This document shows, one piece after another, positions 18,523 to 29,546 of a stretch of 64,000 bases of DNA; the stretch's first letter is position 1; every line of letters starts with the position of its first letter. Source of the DNA: a virus; the IMG/VR virus record IMGVR_UViG_3300021962_000091, positions 2,749-66,748 of that record; one strand, 5' to 3'. The notes under the pieces were generated by a model. It was given only the letters and a program-made list of their open reading frames with translations. It was not told the origin of the DNA and ran no database searches. A program made the position numbers and the translations under genes.

Positions 18523-20289
18523 TTAGAAAGCCAAAATAGTTCGTATAACTTCTGACTGATTGTTTCCGCGCACCACAGGGCGCACATGATTCACATAAAG
18601 CACTTCACCTGTATAGGGCACAATTTTTGGTTCTGTTATCGCCAAGACCGTCGCGGTAGCTCCCGACGCTTCTACTACAGCACTCGCAAACGGTTCAGGC
18701 ATTGAAAACAAGGTATCTATTTGGGATTCATCACGCACGTCTTCAGTATTGCCGTTTCCAATCCCTTGAATAGTGGTATTAGCACCTTCTGCCGCGCTAA
18801 AAGACGTCTGTGAAAGATGGGTGAGTTTTAAGGTAGTGCTTGTTTGTTCAACAACCACGCCATAGGCGCCCGTAAGCGGTTGATATACAATTTCGTCTTT
18901 AGTAAAAGTGGCACCCGAAGAAATGGTCAAATCTAATGTCATACTGTATAGATTAGCCGTTGCAACTTCTCCGTTTTGTAACAGTGGGTTTTTTAAAATA
19001 CCAATACGTCGATACTCATTTTCTGTGGTGACATTTCCGCCTTCGTCATCGACCAGTTCTACATACAACATTACATGCTTAGCCAATAACTCATCTTTAT
19101 TACTAATGTTATGATTGGACACATAGTGCAGTCCGCTGGTATTGGCAAATGTATTCCGTGGAGAAATTATGGCTGTGGCCGTTGCCCCCGATCCACTGTT
19201 CGCAGTCGCGATCGTCACATTGGCAAAACTATAATTTTGCCCGTAATCCGTCATATAAATTCCGGCGACCGCATTTCCTGTCACCACCAGACTGGCGGCC
19301 GCACCAGATCCATCACCAGTAATGATCACGGACGGGAGATTATTCGGATTATAATTACGTCCACCCGTTTCTATTGCAATGGCATAGATAGCCCCATTTC
19401 CCGTGCTCCGTGCCTGATTAAAAGTTTGATAGAGCGCGGACGCTGACGCTTGGACATCGCCCGTTGCAGGGTCGAGCACATCGGAGGCGTCTCGCACGGG
19501 CATGTAATCACCCGTCAGATATTTTTCAATATCTTCGGTAGACAAACTATACATATATTTCCATTGGTATTCCCCGTCGTTTTCGGCAGCACTACCTATA
19601 ATGCCTGATGGGGATGGTACATCACTAATCGTTGGTTCTTCAATGCTCGCAGGAATTGATGTGGCCGTAGCATTGGTCGGATAACGGCCGTTGTGAATGC
19701 ATTTAAATACGTCATTGGTAGACGTTAATGCATACAAAAAGTGCGTCGTATTAGACAATACCGTATTGGAACTATTGCGATGGTCATACATTTGATAGGA
19801 TGACCCGTTTGTCCAGTTATGACGAGGTATTACATAAATTAAATTATCGTCCGTAATACGACGCAATGCCAACGTATCTCGCAGATAATTATATGACGTA
19901 TCCTCCACAGAATCGGTTGGAGTCTCGGGAGTTAATTCGGAATCCGGCCACGGGGTCGAACGACCAATAAACAAATAATACGAATCATACGCCGCCAGTG
20001 GTTCTCGTGTTTTGAACAACTGGGGCGATAACTCGGTCGAAAACGCCGTATTAACCGTCACCGCCGTGCCATTGGACGCGATGTTGGTGATGAGTCGCGA
20101 TTCCGCGTTCACCATCAAAATATCACCGACCCGCAACGTATTAAACACGTTGCCAGAAATAGTGAGCACCGTACTATTGGCGTTGGCCGTAATGGTATTG
20201 GCGCCATATGTGCGGAATCCCTCGGTGAGCGATTCCACAAATTGCTTCGCATTATGCGTGTGATACTTTTGCGTGGTCACGACTGGCAT
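18523..20289 (-). CDS. gp8: Baseplate wedge subunit gp8
   Basis: YYLFIGRSTPW, VIPRHNWTNG, VFKCIHNG, YQWKYMY, YRRIGILKNP and GEVLYVNHVRPVVR...QSEVIRTIL motifs; synteny. Confidence 0.85.
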   Translation of the reverse strand: MPVVTTQKYHTHNAKQFVESLTEGFRTYGANTITANANSTVLTISGNVFNTLRVGDILMVNAESRLITNIASNGTAVTVNTAFSTELSPQLFKTREPLAAYDSYYLFIGRSTPWPDSELTPETPTDSVEDTSYNYLRDTLALRRITDDNLIYVIPRHNWTNGSSYQMYDHRNSSNTVLSNTTHFLYALTSTNDVFKCIHNGRYPTNATATSIPASIEEPTISDVPSPSGIIGSAAENDGEYQWKYMYSLSTEDIEKYLTGDYMPVRDASDVLDPATGDVQASASALYQTFNQARSTGNGAIYAIAIETGGRNYNPNNLPSVIITGDGSGAAASLVVTGNAVAGIYMTDYGQNYSFANVTIATANSGSGATATAIISPRNTFANTSGLHYVSNHNISNKDELLAKHVMLYVELVDDEGGNVTTENEYRRIGILKNPLLQNGEVATANLYSMTLDLTISSGATFTKDEIVYQPLTGAYGVVVEQTSTTLKLTHLSQTSFSAAEGANTTIQGIGNGNTEDVRDESQIDTLFSMPEPFASAVVEASGATATVLAITEPKIVPYTGEVLYVNHVRPVVRGNNQSEVIRTILAF

Positions 20290-20321
20290 GTTCGCAATTC
20301 TCTCCTTGTCTATTTATACCG

Positions 20322-23129
20322 TTACACGGACGCGGGCGGCGCAGTAATTTCGATTGTAACAGCATTCCAGTTAACCGCCGTCAGCAATTCCTCTCCGTCA
20401 TACGGTAATATTGCATCTTCTCCGCGCGCAGAGATATACGTATCAAACGTTACTGACACGCTTACTGATGCGGCAAGTGATACAACCGGAGCCGTAACGG
20501 TTATGTTAGTTGATGCGGCCAATGGAATTTGACTATGCCATATTTCTTCTTCATTACGAAGGGTCAGTGTGTTGGAGTCCGTGGGTATTACTAAATGCTC
20601 GGTTTCTTCTTCATTACTAAGAACCAGTGTATTGGTGGCCGTGGGTATTACTAAATGCTCGGTTTCTTCTTCATTACGAAGGGTCAGTGTATTGGTTGTT
20701 GCCGAAACGGTTACGGGTGTTTCGACCAATACGTTGGCATTGACTACGGTCATTTCCGCCGTACTTGTAGTTCTATTAATTGATGCGTATAGCACAGCGC
20801 CGGGTGCGGTTACAGTAATTGTATATAAACTTGGGGGGTCTGCTGTCGGGTCTTCTCGAACAACAATACTTAAATCGATACCCCCAAATGTAATTGTAGA
20901 CACCAAGTCCAACTCGGTCGTAATTGTTTGTCGAGGAAGCAGTAGGCCACCGGCAGGGTGCACCAACTGTCGCACAATATCCGCATATCGCGTCAAGCTC
21001 TCTTCCACCGTCAAAATATATGAAAATGGCTGATACTTTGTTATATCTTGCAGATATTGATCGGCAGACGCAAAACTTCGCGTATTTTTAAAATACGGAA
21101 TGCCATAACTTAACGCACCCAACGTCATACCTAACTGTGCATTATTACCCGATTGTGTGGTAGACGTTGTGCTATTGACCGTAAACGCAACGTTGCTATA
21201 TCCCGTACCACCCGTAAGAACATCAACCTGACCAATCTGACCAATGTCTTTTGATACGGAGATGTCTGCGATGTCAAACTCGTCTCCAAAAATTTCTCTA
21301 TACGTTAGTGGATCGGTGCCGTCTTCATCTTTAGTAGGAACGACTGGCGTTTGCACAGCAACTGTTGGTAACCCTGCCACATACCCCGATCCAAAACTTT
21401 CTACCTGAATTGCACGAATTTCGCCGATCTCAGTTCGCACGCCATTGACGTAAATAGGATACGTTGAAAGAGATGAGGTCAGACCGATAATCGTGGATTG
21501 TAAATTGGCGCCATAAATGGCCGATCCGATAACAGCACTCCACGAACTAGCATCTAATTGAATTGCCGATTCTTGAAGCAATTGTCGGCCCTCAGTCTCA
21601 TCCACTAAATCATCCCCATCATTTTCTGGAGTGAGGGCATCGTTGAGCGAGAGTCCCCCAAACAAATCCGACAACGAAATACCCACTTGATAATAATCAA
21701 TTGCTTCACGTTCGGCGGTGTATTCACTGCCGTTATCGACAAAAGTGAGAGTATCCCCATCCGCAATGCCTGCGGTTCCATCATAGTGTAGTAGAATATT
21801 GCCAGGTGTGACTTCAGAAACATACCCCGCCAACCCCGAGCCACCACCCGTGCCGGTGTTATCGACCACCAACGGCAATCCCACATAGTAGCCCAACCCC
21901 GGATCATTAATATTAATTTCCGTCAAGTCCACATCGGTAAACGCGGCGATACGACCCACGGCACCAAACCCACCCGTGAAAGGCGCACCATTGGCATATC
22001 GAGCCGGAGGATATATCAAATCGCCAATTTGATATTGCGAGCCGCGCTGATTAATTGTGAACCCCGTAATAGATCCCAGTAGTTGACCCGTAATGGCATT
22101 AGGATCGTTGGTAGGGAGGGTCGAGATTGTCTCCCCCGCCACAAACGTGGTAGATTTGACCAACTCTTGTACTAACGAATACGTATAAACTTCACTCGCT
22201 AACCCCTCGGGAGGTATACCAAATTTAGTGGCTAGTAATTGTGTGCCATCTTCAAGTAACAGCCCACCCACCTCGCGACTAATAATAGGTTCGCTAATGG
22301 ACATGCGCACGACCCGTTGCGCACCTTCACGCGTTACCGAGGACCGCAGCACCGTTGCACGCGCATTACTGGTTAATCCAATAATTTCACGCGTCTCCAA
22401 CAGCGCCACGTTGCCGGTCACAGAGTTGGCATATGCATACCCCATTCGCAGAAGAATGGGCTTGACGTATTCATTATCGGACGTTGTAAAAACCGAGTCG
22501 CGCGGATACGAAAATTCTATCTCTTTGTCAAACACCGATCGAAACAAAAACCGATACGACTGTTCGCTGCCTTTGGCTTGATAAAAATCTAAAATGCGCG
22601 GCAATAACGTCGCGGTATCCGTCAATCCCTCGGGAATATTCCGTAGATACGTATCTCGAAAATACGCGATAAAATCATCTAACGTGTGATCGACATCGTG
22701 AATAGATAAAATTTGACGAGCCGCACCTGACGCTTGACGAATTGACCGATCGGTTTCGACGGTGTGCGTGTTGGCAAAATACGACCGAATGGGTAATTCG
22801 TACACTGTCAACGACGTATTGTTCGCAATTGAACGAATGCGAAACTGGTCGGACCCGACGCGAATCTGTACGTTATTGGCATAAATGCTGGTGTTCGCAA
22901 ATTGCGTGCTGCCACCAATAATTGTCGAATTGCCCGTTTGGACAGTGACAACGCCAGGCACACTTTCATACGTCGAAGTAGTCGGCAAATCATCGTATTG
23001 CTCAAGAAATTCATAATAGGCCGTCACAAACGACACAAACGCCGGATATTCGGACTCTACAAAATCCGGAATAATCTCGCCTATGCGAGTGCTGATTCGA
23101 TGATGAACGTCGTTGGCAAAATGTGACAT
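20322..23129 (-). CDS. Baseplate wedge protein (gp7-like), 935 aa
   Basis: IPDFVESEYPAFVSFVTAYYEFLE, FYQAKGSEQSYRFLFR, LQDITKYQPFSY...LVHPAG; lies between gp6 and gp8. Confidence 0.75.
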   Translation of the reverse strand: MSHFANDVHHRISTRIGEIIPDFVESEYPAFVSFVTAYYEFLEQYDDLPTTSTYESVPGVVTVQTGNSTIIGGSTQFANTSIYANNVQIRVGSDQFRIRSIANNTSLTVYELPIRSYFANTHTVETDRSIRQASGAARQILSIHDVDHTLDDFIAYFRDTYLRNIPEGLTDTATLLPRILDFYQAKGSEQSYRFLFRSVFDKEIEFSYPRDSVFTTSDNEYVKPILLRMGYAYANSVTGNVALLETREIIGLTSNARATVLRSSVTREGAQRVVRMSISEPIISREVGGLLLEDGTQLLATKFGIPPEGLASEVYTYSLVQELVKSTTFVAGETISTLPTNDPNAITGQLLGSITGFTINQRGSQYQIGDLIYPPARYANGAPFTGGFGAVGRIAAFTDVDLTEININDPGLGYYVGLPLVVDNTGTGGGSGLAGYVSEVTPGNILLHYDGTAGIADGDTLTFVDNGSEYTAEREAIDYYQVGISLSDLFGGLSLNDALTPENDGDDLVDETEGRQLLQESAIQLDASSWSAVIGSAIYGANLQSTIIGLTSSLSTYPIYVNGVRTEIGEIRAIQVESFGSGYVAGLPTVAVQTPVVPTKDEDGTDPLTYREIFGDEFDIADISVSKDIGQIGQVDVLTGGTGYSNVAFTVNSTTSTTQSGNNAQLGMTLGALSYGIPYFKNTRSFASADQYLQDITKYQPFSYILTVEESLTRYADIVRQLVHPAGGLLLPRQTITTELDLVSTITFGGIDLSIVVREDPTADPPSLYTITVTAPGAVLYASINRTTSTAEMTVVNANVLVETPVTVSATTNTLTLRNEEETEHLVIPTATNTLVLSNEEETEHLVIPTDSNTLTLRNEEEIWHSQIPLAASTNITVTAPVVSLAASVSVSVTFDTYISARGEDAILPYDGEELLTAVNWNAVTIEITAPPASV
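20543..20695 (-). repeat. 60-nt coding tandem repeat (TNTLxLxNEEETEHLVIPTx), about 2.5 copies
   Basis: tttcttcttcattac...gtgggtattactaaatgctcgg recurs at 60-nt spacing. Confidence 0.85.
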
Positions 23130-23135
23130 GAACGT

Positions 23136-25076
23136 CTACACTCCAAACGATCCTGCACCTAGCTGACCACCACCACTGGTTCGACCATACGTCGTGTTGC
23201 GACGATTTAACAAATCATTGACAAGCGTGATGGTAATATTTTCAGTGGGCAAAAGTACAATCTGATCTCGGTTTGGAGCAATATCCGAGTTAAGTGGAAT
23301 GGCGCGAATTTTTAATTCACTAATACGATTTGTGCTAATGTCTCTTGGCGTAAACGTTGTAAATGTCAGCGTCCCCGTCGCAAAATTGACGGTACCCACA
23401 TTTGATTTAATTCGAAGAAGCGTATCGTCGGTATCAGTTTTATAAACATGCAGGTTTACCCCGTCATTTTGAATCCAACAATGTTTTTGCGACAACCCGC
23501 CTTCATCCACATGCGTAAACAATTGCGTGCCAACTTTACTGGTTACACTAACGGTGTTCGATGACACCGCCCCAAACCGTGATTGTTGAAGGGATTGAAA
23601 AATAGGATTGGCAAATTTAACGGTGTATGTTGAAACCCCTTGGGCTACTCGTAATCGTTTTTCTAATAAAAGAGTCGTTAAATTACTAACAATACTAATT
23701 TCAGCATCATCAATCGCGGAGGATAGCTGTGAATACCGAAAGTATGAACCAAACTGCCCAAGTTGCACACGGGCGTAATCTTCCATCGCCAGCCGCACTT
23801 GCTGTTGCAGTTCTTGCACCGATAACCCCGTGCGCGCAGGGGTATATCGCACTTCAGTGTCGGCGGCCAAATAAATGTAGTCGGGATCGATGGCTTCAAA
23901 CGAGAGAATTGGCGAGGCCTTCGGGCGCAATACGCGCTGAATAATATTGGTCTTTTGCGTAGGACCAAACCGCTCGGCATCGACGGGTTTCAAACAAATA
24001 AACATTTTTCCATAAGTCGGGGGGTCGTGGTCTTCACCGCCCCACACGGTCAATGAATCAATGCCGCTGACTTCGGACAGCAGCACACTTCGTGCATCTT
24101 CTGGGGTGACCACGCGGCCCTGCGTTTGATAAATGTTCGGGGCCAACCGTTTGATGCTGTCAATACTTTCGCGCTCGGCGCCGCCATATGCGGGAATGTT
24201 CACGTTACTCAACGTCACCGTCACATTGGTCGTTTCACTGACCGCACCCAATCCGACCCCGTCATAGGTAAACGTATTTGCTCCAGTACTGGCATTTCCA
24301 CGGGACACCAAGTATTGAATCGTGACCCGCTGCCCTAAACTGAGATTGCGACCTAACCGATCGTCGCCAAACTGAATTTCATAATCGCCGGCATTTGTTT
24401 CAAACAAGAAATACACATTCGACGTTGAGTTGACCGTGACCGCCGACGTGGCGCGAGTATATTCAAACGTAATCGGGCTGTTGGCGCTTGGACTGACCAA
24501 GACCGTCATCGTGGTGGTATCCACATTGGTATTCAACACCTGTAATGTGGTGCCAGTACTACTTCGATTTTGCGTCGTGACATCATACGTTTGCGTCAGC
24601 AGTGTGCCTTCGCGCAACGGTATCCCCCGCATAGTAATTGTGGTGTTACTGTTGGGGTACACTAAGGTGTCATCGAGTGTATAAAAATTGAACCGTGTGC
24701 CGGCGGCGTTACTTTGAAACCGCGTGTATTTGGGCAATAATAGTGTGGCTTCACTTGGAGACACATTTCCTACCGTAATATCGACTTCCGCGCGCGAACC
24801 CGTCACCGACCGTGGAATATAGCCCACCTGTTTGGCCGCGGCGACAACCGAGTTGCGCAACTGTGCGGTTTGAAGAAACACCTCGTTGATGGCAAAATTG
24901 GTATACCACCCGTGGTAATACGCATCATAGGCTAGAATGTCAATGAGTAGCGACAGGGCGGACCCTTGAAAATTGTAGTCCTGAAACTCTGCGCGGTTTT
25001 CCAAAAACCGTTTAAGGTCAGCGCGTACGCGGTCAAAATCAAGCGGAACGAGTTGAATGTCGGGTGTTGATGCCAT
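23136..25076 (-). CDS. gp6: Baseplate wedge subunit gp6
   Basis: LDFDRVRADLKRFL...FQDYNFQGSALSLLIDILAY, NEVFLQTAQLRNSVV, ESIDSIK...QGRVVT, WGGEDHDPPTYGK. Confidence 0.92.
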   Translation of the reverse strand: MASTPDIQLVPLDFDRVRADLKRFLENRAEFQDYNFQGSALSLLIDILAYDAYYHGWYTNFAINEVFLQTAQLRNSVVAAAKQVGYIPRSVTGSRAEVDITVGNVSPSEATLLLPKYTRFQSNAAGTRFNFYTLDDTLVYPNSNTTITMRGIPLREGTLLTQTYDVTTQNRSSTGTTLQVLNTNVDTTTMTVLVSPSANSPITFEYTRATSAVTVNSTSNVYFLFETNAGDYEIQFGDDRLGRNLSLGQRVTIQYLVSRGNASTGANTFTYDGVGLGAVSETTNVTVTLSNVNIPAYGGAERESIDSIKRLAPNIYQTQGRVVTPEDARSVLLSEVSGIDSLTVWGGEDHDPPTYGKMFICLKPVDAERFGPTQKTNIIQRVLRPKASPILSFEAIDPDYIYLAADTEVRYTPARTGLSVQELQQQVRLAMEDYARVQLGQFGSYFRYSQLSSAIDDAEISIVSNLTTLLLEKRLRVAQGVSTYTVKFANPIFQSLQQSRFGAVSSNTVSVTSKVGTQLFTHVDEGGLSQKHCWIQNDGVNLHVYKTDTDDTLLRIKSNVGTVNFATGTLTFTTFTPRDISTNRISELKIRAIPLNSDIAPNRDQIVLLPTENITITLVNDLLNRRNTTYGRTSGGGQLGAGSFGV

Positions 25077-25082
25077 ATGTGT

Positions 25083-25487
25083 TTACCGTAAGCGGCGCAA
25101 TAACACGCCGGTTGTAACAAGAGTTGGCAAATTACGAATCATAAACGCAATTTCAATCCACAAGGTATTGGAGTCAAGATATTCCCCTGTGGGTTTTTTA
25201 TCAAAATGCATGTCCACATACTGTAACGTAATTCGGGGTTCGAATTGTTTGAGCACGTCCGCAATATATTGCGCCAACACAGCCGTAGTGACCGTATTCA
25301 ACGGTTCAAATAACACGCGGTTGACTTCACTCCCCACGCCGGGCTGAAACACCCGTTCATACAAACTGGTGAGCACTAACAGCTTCACGGACTGCTTGAC
25401 CGACTCTTCGTCCGTCACTATTGCCACGTCCTTTGTAATAGGATCGGGTAAAAATGAAATGTCCACGTCGCTGTAGATGGCTGCCAT
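25083..25487 (-). CDS. gp25: Baseplate wedge subunit gp25
   Basis: YSDVDISF...SVKQSVKLLVLT...ERVFQPGVGS...LFEP...FEPRI; adjacent to gp6. Confidence 0.92.
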   Translation of the reverse strand: MAAIYSDVDISFLPDPITKDVAIVTDEESVKQSVKLLVLTSLYERVFQPGVGSEVNRVLFEPLNTVTTAVLAQYIADVLKQFEPRITLQYVDMHFDKKPTGEYLDSNTLWIEIAFMIRNLPTLVTTGVLLRRLR

Positions 25488-25508
25488 ATGCGTATTTAGC
25501 TACTCTGC

Positions 25509-27314
25509 CTAATAACATTGGTGTGCTTGCTCACACTCAGATTTCGAAGAATAGTCGCCACAGCCATCGGTGCCGGTGCCACACTCACAATTGTCAAGAT
25601 AATCCACCCCGCCTGGAATGCGGTCTGAACCACCCCAACATCCCCCGCTAGAAGGATCGGAATCTTGACAGGGGAAGTAGTCATCACCTGATATTAAAGC
25701 GCCGGTAACGGTATCGATAATAATACCCGCTGACCCTGCCTGAGTTACATCCCCAACACCACTGCAATCTCCAGCGTTCGAACGCTGAATTCGACTTTCC
25801 CAATAGCCATTCCATCCTACGCGCCAATATCCATCACTAAATAGATCAGGATTTTGGGCTTTTTGTATCCAGTATGACACGTCAACGGGCTCACCGCATC
25901 CATCAATAATGGTTTCCGTTTCTGGATTTCTTCCATTAAACACCGTGCGAATATATGCCACAATAACCGACCGAAGATAGGATTCCGAAATATCCACCCC
26001 ATCTGGAACTTTCCACGAATACTGCGTTCCATCGGGTCGCACACGAGTCTCTCCCGGTAGGGGAATGACGGGAATACACTCTCCCGCTTGACCAGATACA
26101 CCAAATCTATTGTCCGCCATATCTTGTGGTGTGGCCGTGTCCAACCCTACTGGCTGTAACCGTTGTTGACGGTCGGCCAGCATTGTGCTAAATTGTTCAC
26201 CAGAGGCCGCCAATTCTCGCCCTTCAGCACTTGCGGGTACCCATTGATACCAATGAAGGCCCTCTACGTGCGTGTCGTTAAATGCTTTCGTGAGTACTTG
26301 TCGCCGGCGACCCTCGGCTCGAAACGACACATGAATCCATACCTGACCGCCACCACTCACATCAAAACACAAAATTAATTGATCGTAGAGAATGTGATCG
26401 CGCATCCACTGTGCCAACGCAAAACATTTGCCCGCCTCAGTTAACGACCCCGACCCAAACGTAATGTCCATTGCTTCGCCCGTTTCGTGAGGGCTGGTGG
26501 TCGAATTTTCTGCGCGAAACCCTTCTAAAATAGTTAACGACCCCCAGCCGCGGCCTATCGCATATTGATTGGTTGGGGCATACACGTTTTCGGCCAATAA
26601 TACTAACCGATACATAATTTCATCTTCAAGTAATCCTCGTTGGGGATACAGTCGCTCGATAGGGGTACTAATCTGAACGTGCTTGATGGCTTTTTCGGCA
26701 AGTTTTTTATGCGTTTCGTCAATCTGGAATGTCTGATTTAACGGATTAAAAAATCGCGGCGATTTCACTAATGACGCGGGGGTCTTAAACTGTCGGGGAA
26801 CGGTTGGAAGCCCAGACCCAAGAAATCCCGATACTAAACTTGTTGCGGCTGACGCAGCAACGGTCTTGACTAACGGTTCTGCCATGGCGGCGGCGGACGC
26901 CGACAGTCCTTCTTTTAACGGACGACGAATTTTGTCTGGATCTAATTCCTCAATAATTTTGGCGCCTAGGTCTACCCCTCCGGCGATGGCCGTGACTTTC
27001 GACGCACCCCCACCTAATTTTCCAAATCCAAATTTTGGAAGTTTCACTTTTCCAAGTAACTTGGCGGCAAATGCTCCAGCCACCGGACCCAATGCCGCGC
27101 TGGCCGCCATAGATACGGCTTTGGATTTTAAAATTTTAGAGGTGGCACCTGCGACCTTATTTTTTAATTTGGATAATTTTTTAGATGTGCCACTGGCGGT
27201 TTTAATTTGTACAGATCGTGGAGGACGGCCGGACGCCAGTAAGGCGGCTACCGATCGAATATCACGAAATGCAAATTTTTTCTTTCCTGTGGTGTCTTTG
27301 GTATCAGTTGACAT
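25509..27314 (-). CDS. Baseplate-region protein with a peptidase M15-like zinc domain, 601 aa
   Basis: EGFR...SPHETGEAMDI...YDQLIL...WIHVS matches the M15 H/D/H pattern; basic N-terminus; Cys-rich C-terminus. Confidence 0.65.
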   Translation of the reverse strand: MSTDTKDTTGKKKFAFRDIRSVAALLASGRPPRSVQIKTASGTSKKLSKLKNKVAGATSKILKSKAVSMAASAALGPVAGAFAAKLLGKVKLPKFGFGKLGGGASKVTAIAGGVDLGAKIIEELDPDKIRRPLKEGLSASAAAMAEPLVKTVAASAATSLVSGFLGSGLPTVPRQFKTPASLVKSPRFFNPLNQTFQIDETHKKLAEKAIKHVQISTPIERLYPQRGLLEDEIMYRLVLLAENVYAPTNQYAIGRGWGSLTILEGFRAENSTTSPHETGEAMDITFGSGSLTEAGKCFALAQWMRDHILYDQLILCFDVSGGGQVWIHVSFRAEGRRRQVLTKAFNDTHVEGLHWYQWVPASAEGRELAASGEQFSTMLADRQQRLQPVGLDTATPQDMADNRFGVSGQAGECIPVIPLPGETRVRPDGTQYSWKVPDGVDISESYLRSVIVAYIRTVFNGRNPETETIIDGCGEPVDVSYWIQKAQNPDLFSDGYWRVGWNGYWESRIQRSNAGDCSGVGDVTQAGSAGIIIDTVTGALISGDDYFPCQDSDPSSGGCWGGSDRIPGGVDYLDNCECGTGTDGCGDYSSKSECEQAHQCY

Positions 27315-27320
27315 TGTCGA

Positions 27321-29531
27321 TTATCCTTTTCCACCCCATCGCGATCCGTTATCGGGAGCACATACCGGTACAAACTGTGGGCGCGCCTCTGGACTATCCA
27401 CAGAGAAAATAATATCCACTGGTTGATATTGTAGTCCATTGTACAATGGTACCGGGCTGCGATACATAATGGCATCAACGGCATGACCGTTGTATTGATT
27501 TTGCCCGCTGGTTTTATTAATATGACCCCATTCTGATCCTGAGTGTTCAATCACATATTCCGTAAACCGTCCCGCACCCGCATGGGTTCGAATATCATAT
27601 TTGTCCGGATCTAGACCACTGGCGTCGTTATACAGTTTAACAATATCTAATGCCGGAATGTTTGCGGGAGTACCGCAAACACCTTCACCGCTGCTGACCC
27701 CTGCTCGACTTGATACCGTCAACATAGCCGTATTAATTTGCGGCACTTCAATGACCGGACTGGTAAAGTTAACCATCATATCTCGTAGGTGCAACCCACT
27801 ATGGCCCAGCGGGTCGGTATCCGAATACATAAATTTTCCAAAATAGTGTTGCAGCGGTCGAAGCCGATACACTTGCAATGTTCCTGTTTGCGACGTCTGT
27901 CCCCACGGTGCCGTCAAAATAGCGACGGTATTGGATGCAACAGATTCTATTATCGCATTGGTGCCATTCAACTCAACGGTATCTCCAACCTCAAGGTCTT
28001 CATCAAATATCGTATTAGTGCCGCGCAGTTCACGGCTTCCCTCAGTCACTCGCACCGTGCCTCCCGATGGTAGTGGGAATGCGTGAGCGGGTTTGGGTTC
28101 AGCCGCGGGCGGAGTGGTATCGGATTGTAGAATTTGTCCAGCTTCGGCTTTATCCTTTTGTTGAAAATCGCCCAGCTCCACACTCAGATTAATATGCGTG
28201 TTATAACTTTCTATATTACCCACATCCTCTGGCGTGTCAAAGGCCCGACCGCGCAATTTCTGATACACCGTCGGCGTAGACGCCGAACCCGTTTGTTGTC
28301 CTGCGCCCAGCACTTGCGCGGATCGATACAAGGTAGGATTCGACAGCGGTAGCTCGCCTGGCTGTTCGGTCAGTAAAGAAATCGCCGGCTCGCCCGACGC
28401 ATCCATCGAGTTTTCTTTGAGAGCTTTGGCAATGGCCGCATCGAGCACACTTAATGTCGCCGTGGGCGCCGGTGTCTGTAGTCCATTATAGAGTAGCGTG
28501 GCTGCCTTTGTGGTGAGTGCGAGTTTTTCCACGGTATTAGCAGTATTGTTGGCGGCCGTGAGCGTCGTAGATACCCCATTAAATCGAATATCGGGAGCAC
28601 CACTCGCTTGTTTAATGGCCGCCAACCCCTTAGCGTTAATCGGTAGATTAACCTTCGGCACAAACGTTGGGTCGAGTGGATACTTATCATTAATCACTAC
28701 ACCGCCAGGCAACGACATCATGGGCGTGCCACCCGGACTAATTCCACCAATATCCACTTTTGGTGCATTTAAAAATATCTTATTGATGGCTTTCATTTCA
28801 ATGTTATCGGCCTGTATTTTTAATTTTCCTTTAACATTAATTGCGGCATCGTCCTTGGCGTCAATGATTAATTCGCCTTTTCGAACGTGTAGTGTATATC
28901 CACCTTCTACCACAATATTATAATCGCCGGAGATAAGAACTTCATTATCGCCTATGGTGACATCTTGACGTTTTTTTACAGACTTATACTTTACACCACC
29001 ATCGGGTCGCATTTCAATGTGCGACCCCGACCGATGATAAATGTGTATCCGCTCGGCGCCAGGGCTATCATCAACTTCAATAAGATGCCCAGCTTCGGAT
29101 TCAACCAATACCGTATTATATGGATATGTTGGATTATACGACGGGGCGTCTTCTTCAATCGAGCCGGATCCACTCCCCATTCCAACCGCTGCGGCTATGG
29201 CCCCATTTTTAGCAATCGCCGATTTTAATGCTCCGGCACGCGATACCGTAGCACCGACCGCCGGCGCACCGGACCCCGTGGGTGTGCCGGTGCCTCCGGT
29301 GGTATCCGTAACCGTGAGCGCATTTAATACCGAGGCGGTAGGAGAAATGGTCTGATAGGGGCGAAATACCCGCGTATTTTTGTTTAACGCAGATGTGGGT
29401 TGTGCACTCGGTAATGGCGGCGCGGGTGCCGGCGGTGACCCTGTGGGGGTCAGTGGGCTTGGTTCGACCATCGACACCGGAGGAACAGTTACATCCGGGT
29501 CTTCTAGCTCTTCTTTGGTTAGTGGCGACAT
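27321..29531 (-). CDS. gp5: gp5-like baseplate spike, C-terminal part (beta-helix plus extension), 736 aa
   Basis: YPYNTVLVESEAGHLIEVDDSPGAERIHIYHRSGSHIEMRPDG followed by VxG-type beta-helix repeats; has its own GAGGA RBS. Confidence 0.8.
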   Translation of the reverse strand: MSPLTKEELEDPDVTVPPVSMVEPSPLTPTGSPPAPAPPLPSAQPTSALNKNTRVFRPYQTISPTASVLNALTVTDTTGGTGTPTGSGAPAVGATVSRAGALKSAIAKNGAIAAAVGMGSGSGSIEEDAPSYNPTYPYNTVLVESEAGHLIEVDDSPGAERIHIYHRSGSHIEMRPDGGVKYKSVKKRQDVTIGDNEVLISGDYNIVVEGGYTLHVRKGELIIDAKDDAAINVKGKLKIQADNIEMKAINKIFLNAPKVDIGGISPGGTPMMSLPGGVVINDKYPLDPTFVPKVNLPINAKGLAAIKQASGAPDIRFNGVSTTLTAANNTANTVEKLALTTKAATLLYNGLQTPAPTATLSVLDAAIAKALKENSMDASGEPAISLLTEQPGELPLSNPTLYRSAQVLGAGQQTGSASTPTVYQKLRGRAFDTPEDVGNIESYNTHINLSVELGDFQQKDKAEAGQILQSDTTPPAAEPKPAHAFPLPSGGTVRVTEGSRELRGTNTIFDEDLEVGDTVELNGTNAIIESVASNTVAILTAPWGQTSQTGTLQVYRLRPLQHYFGKFMYSDTDPLGHSGLHLRDMMVNFTSPVIEVPQINTAMLTVSSRAGVSSGEGVCGTPANIPALDIVKLYNDASGLDPDKYDIRTHAGAGRFTEYVIEHSGSEWGHINKTSGQNQYNGHAVDAIMYRSPVPLYNGLQYQPVDIIFSVDSPEARPQFVPVCAPDNGSRWGGKG

Positions 29532-29546
29532 CTATTTCCTCGCATT

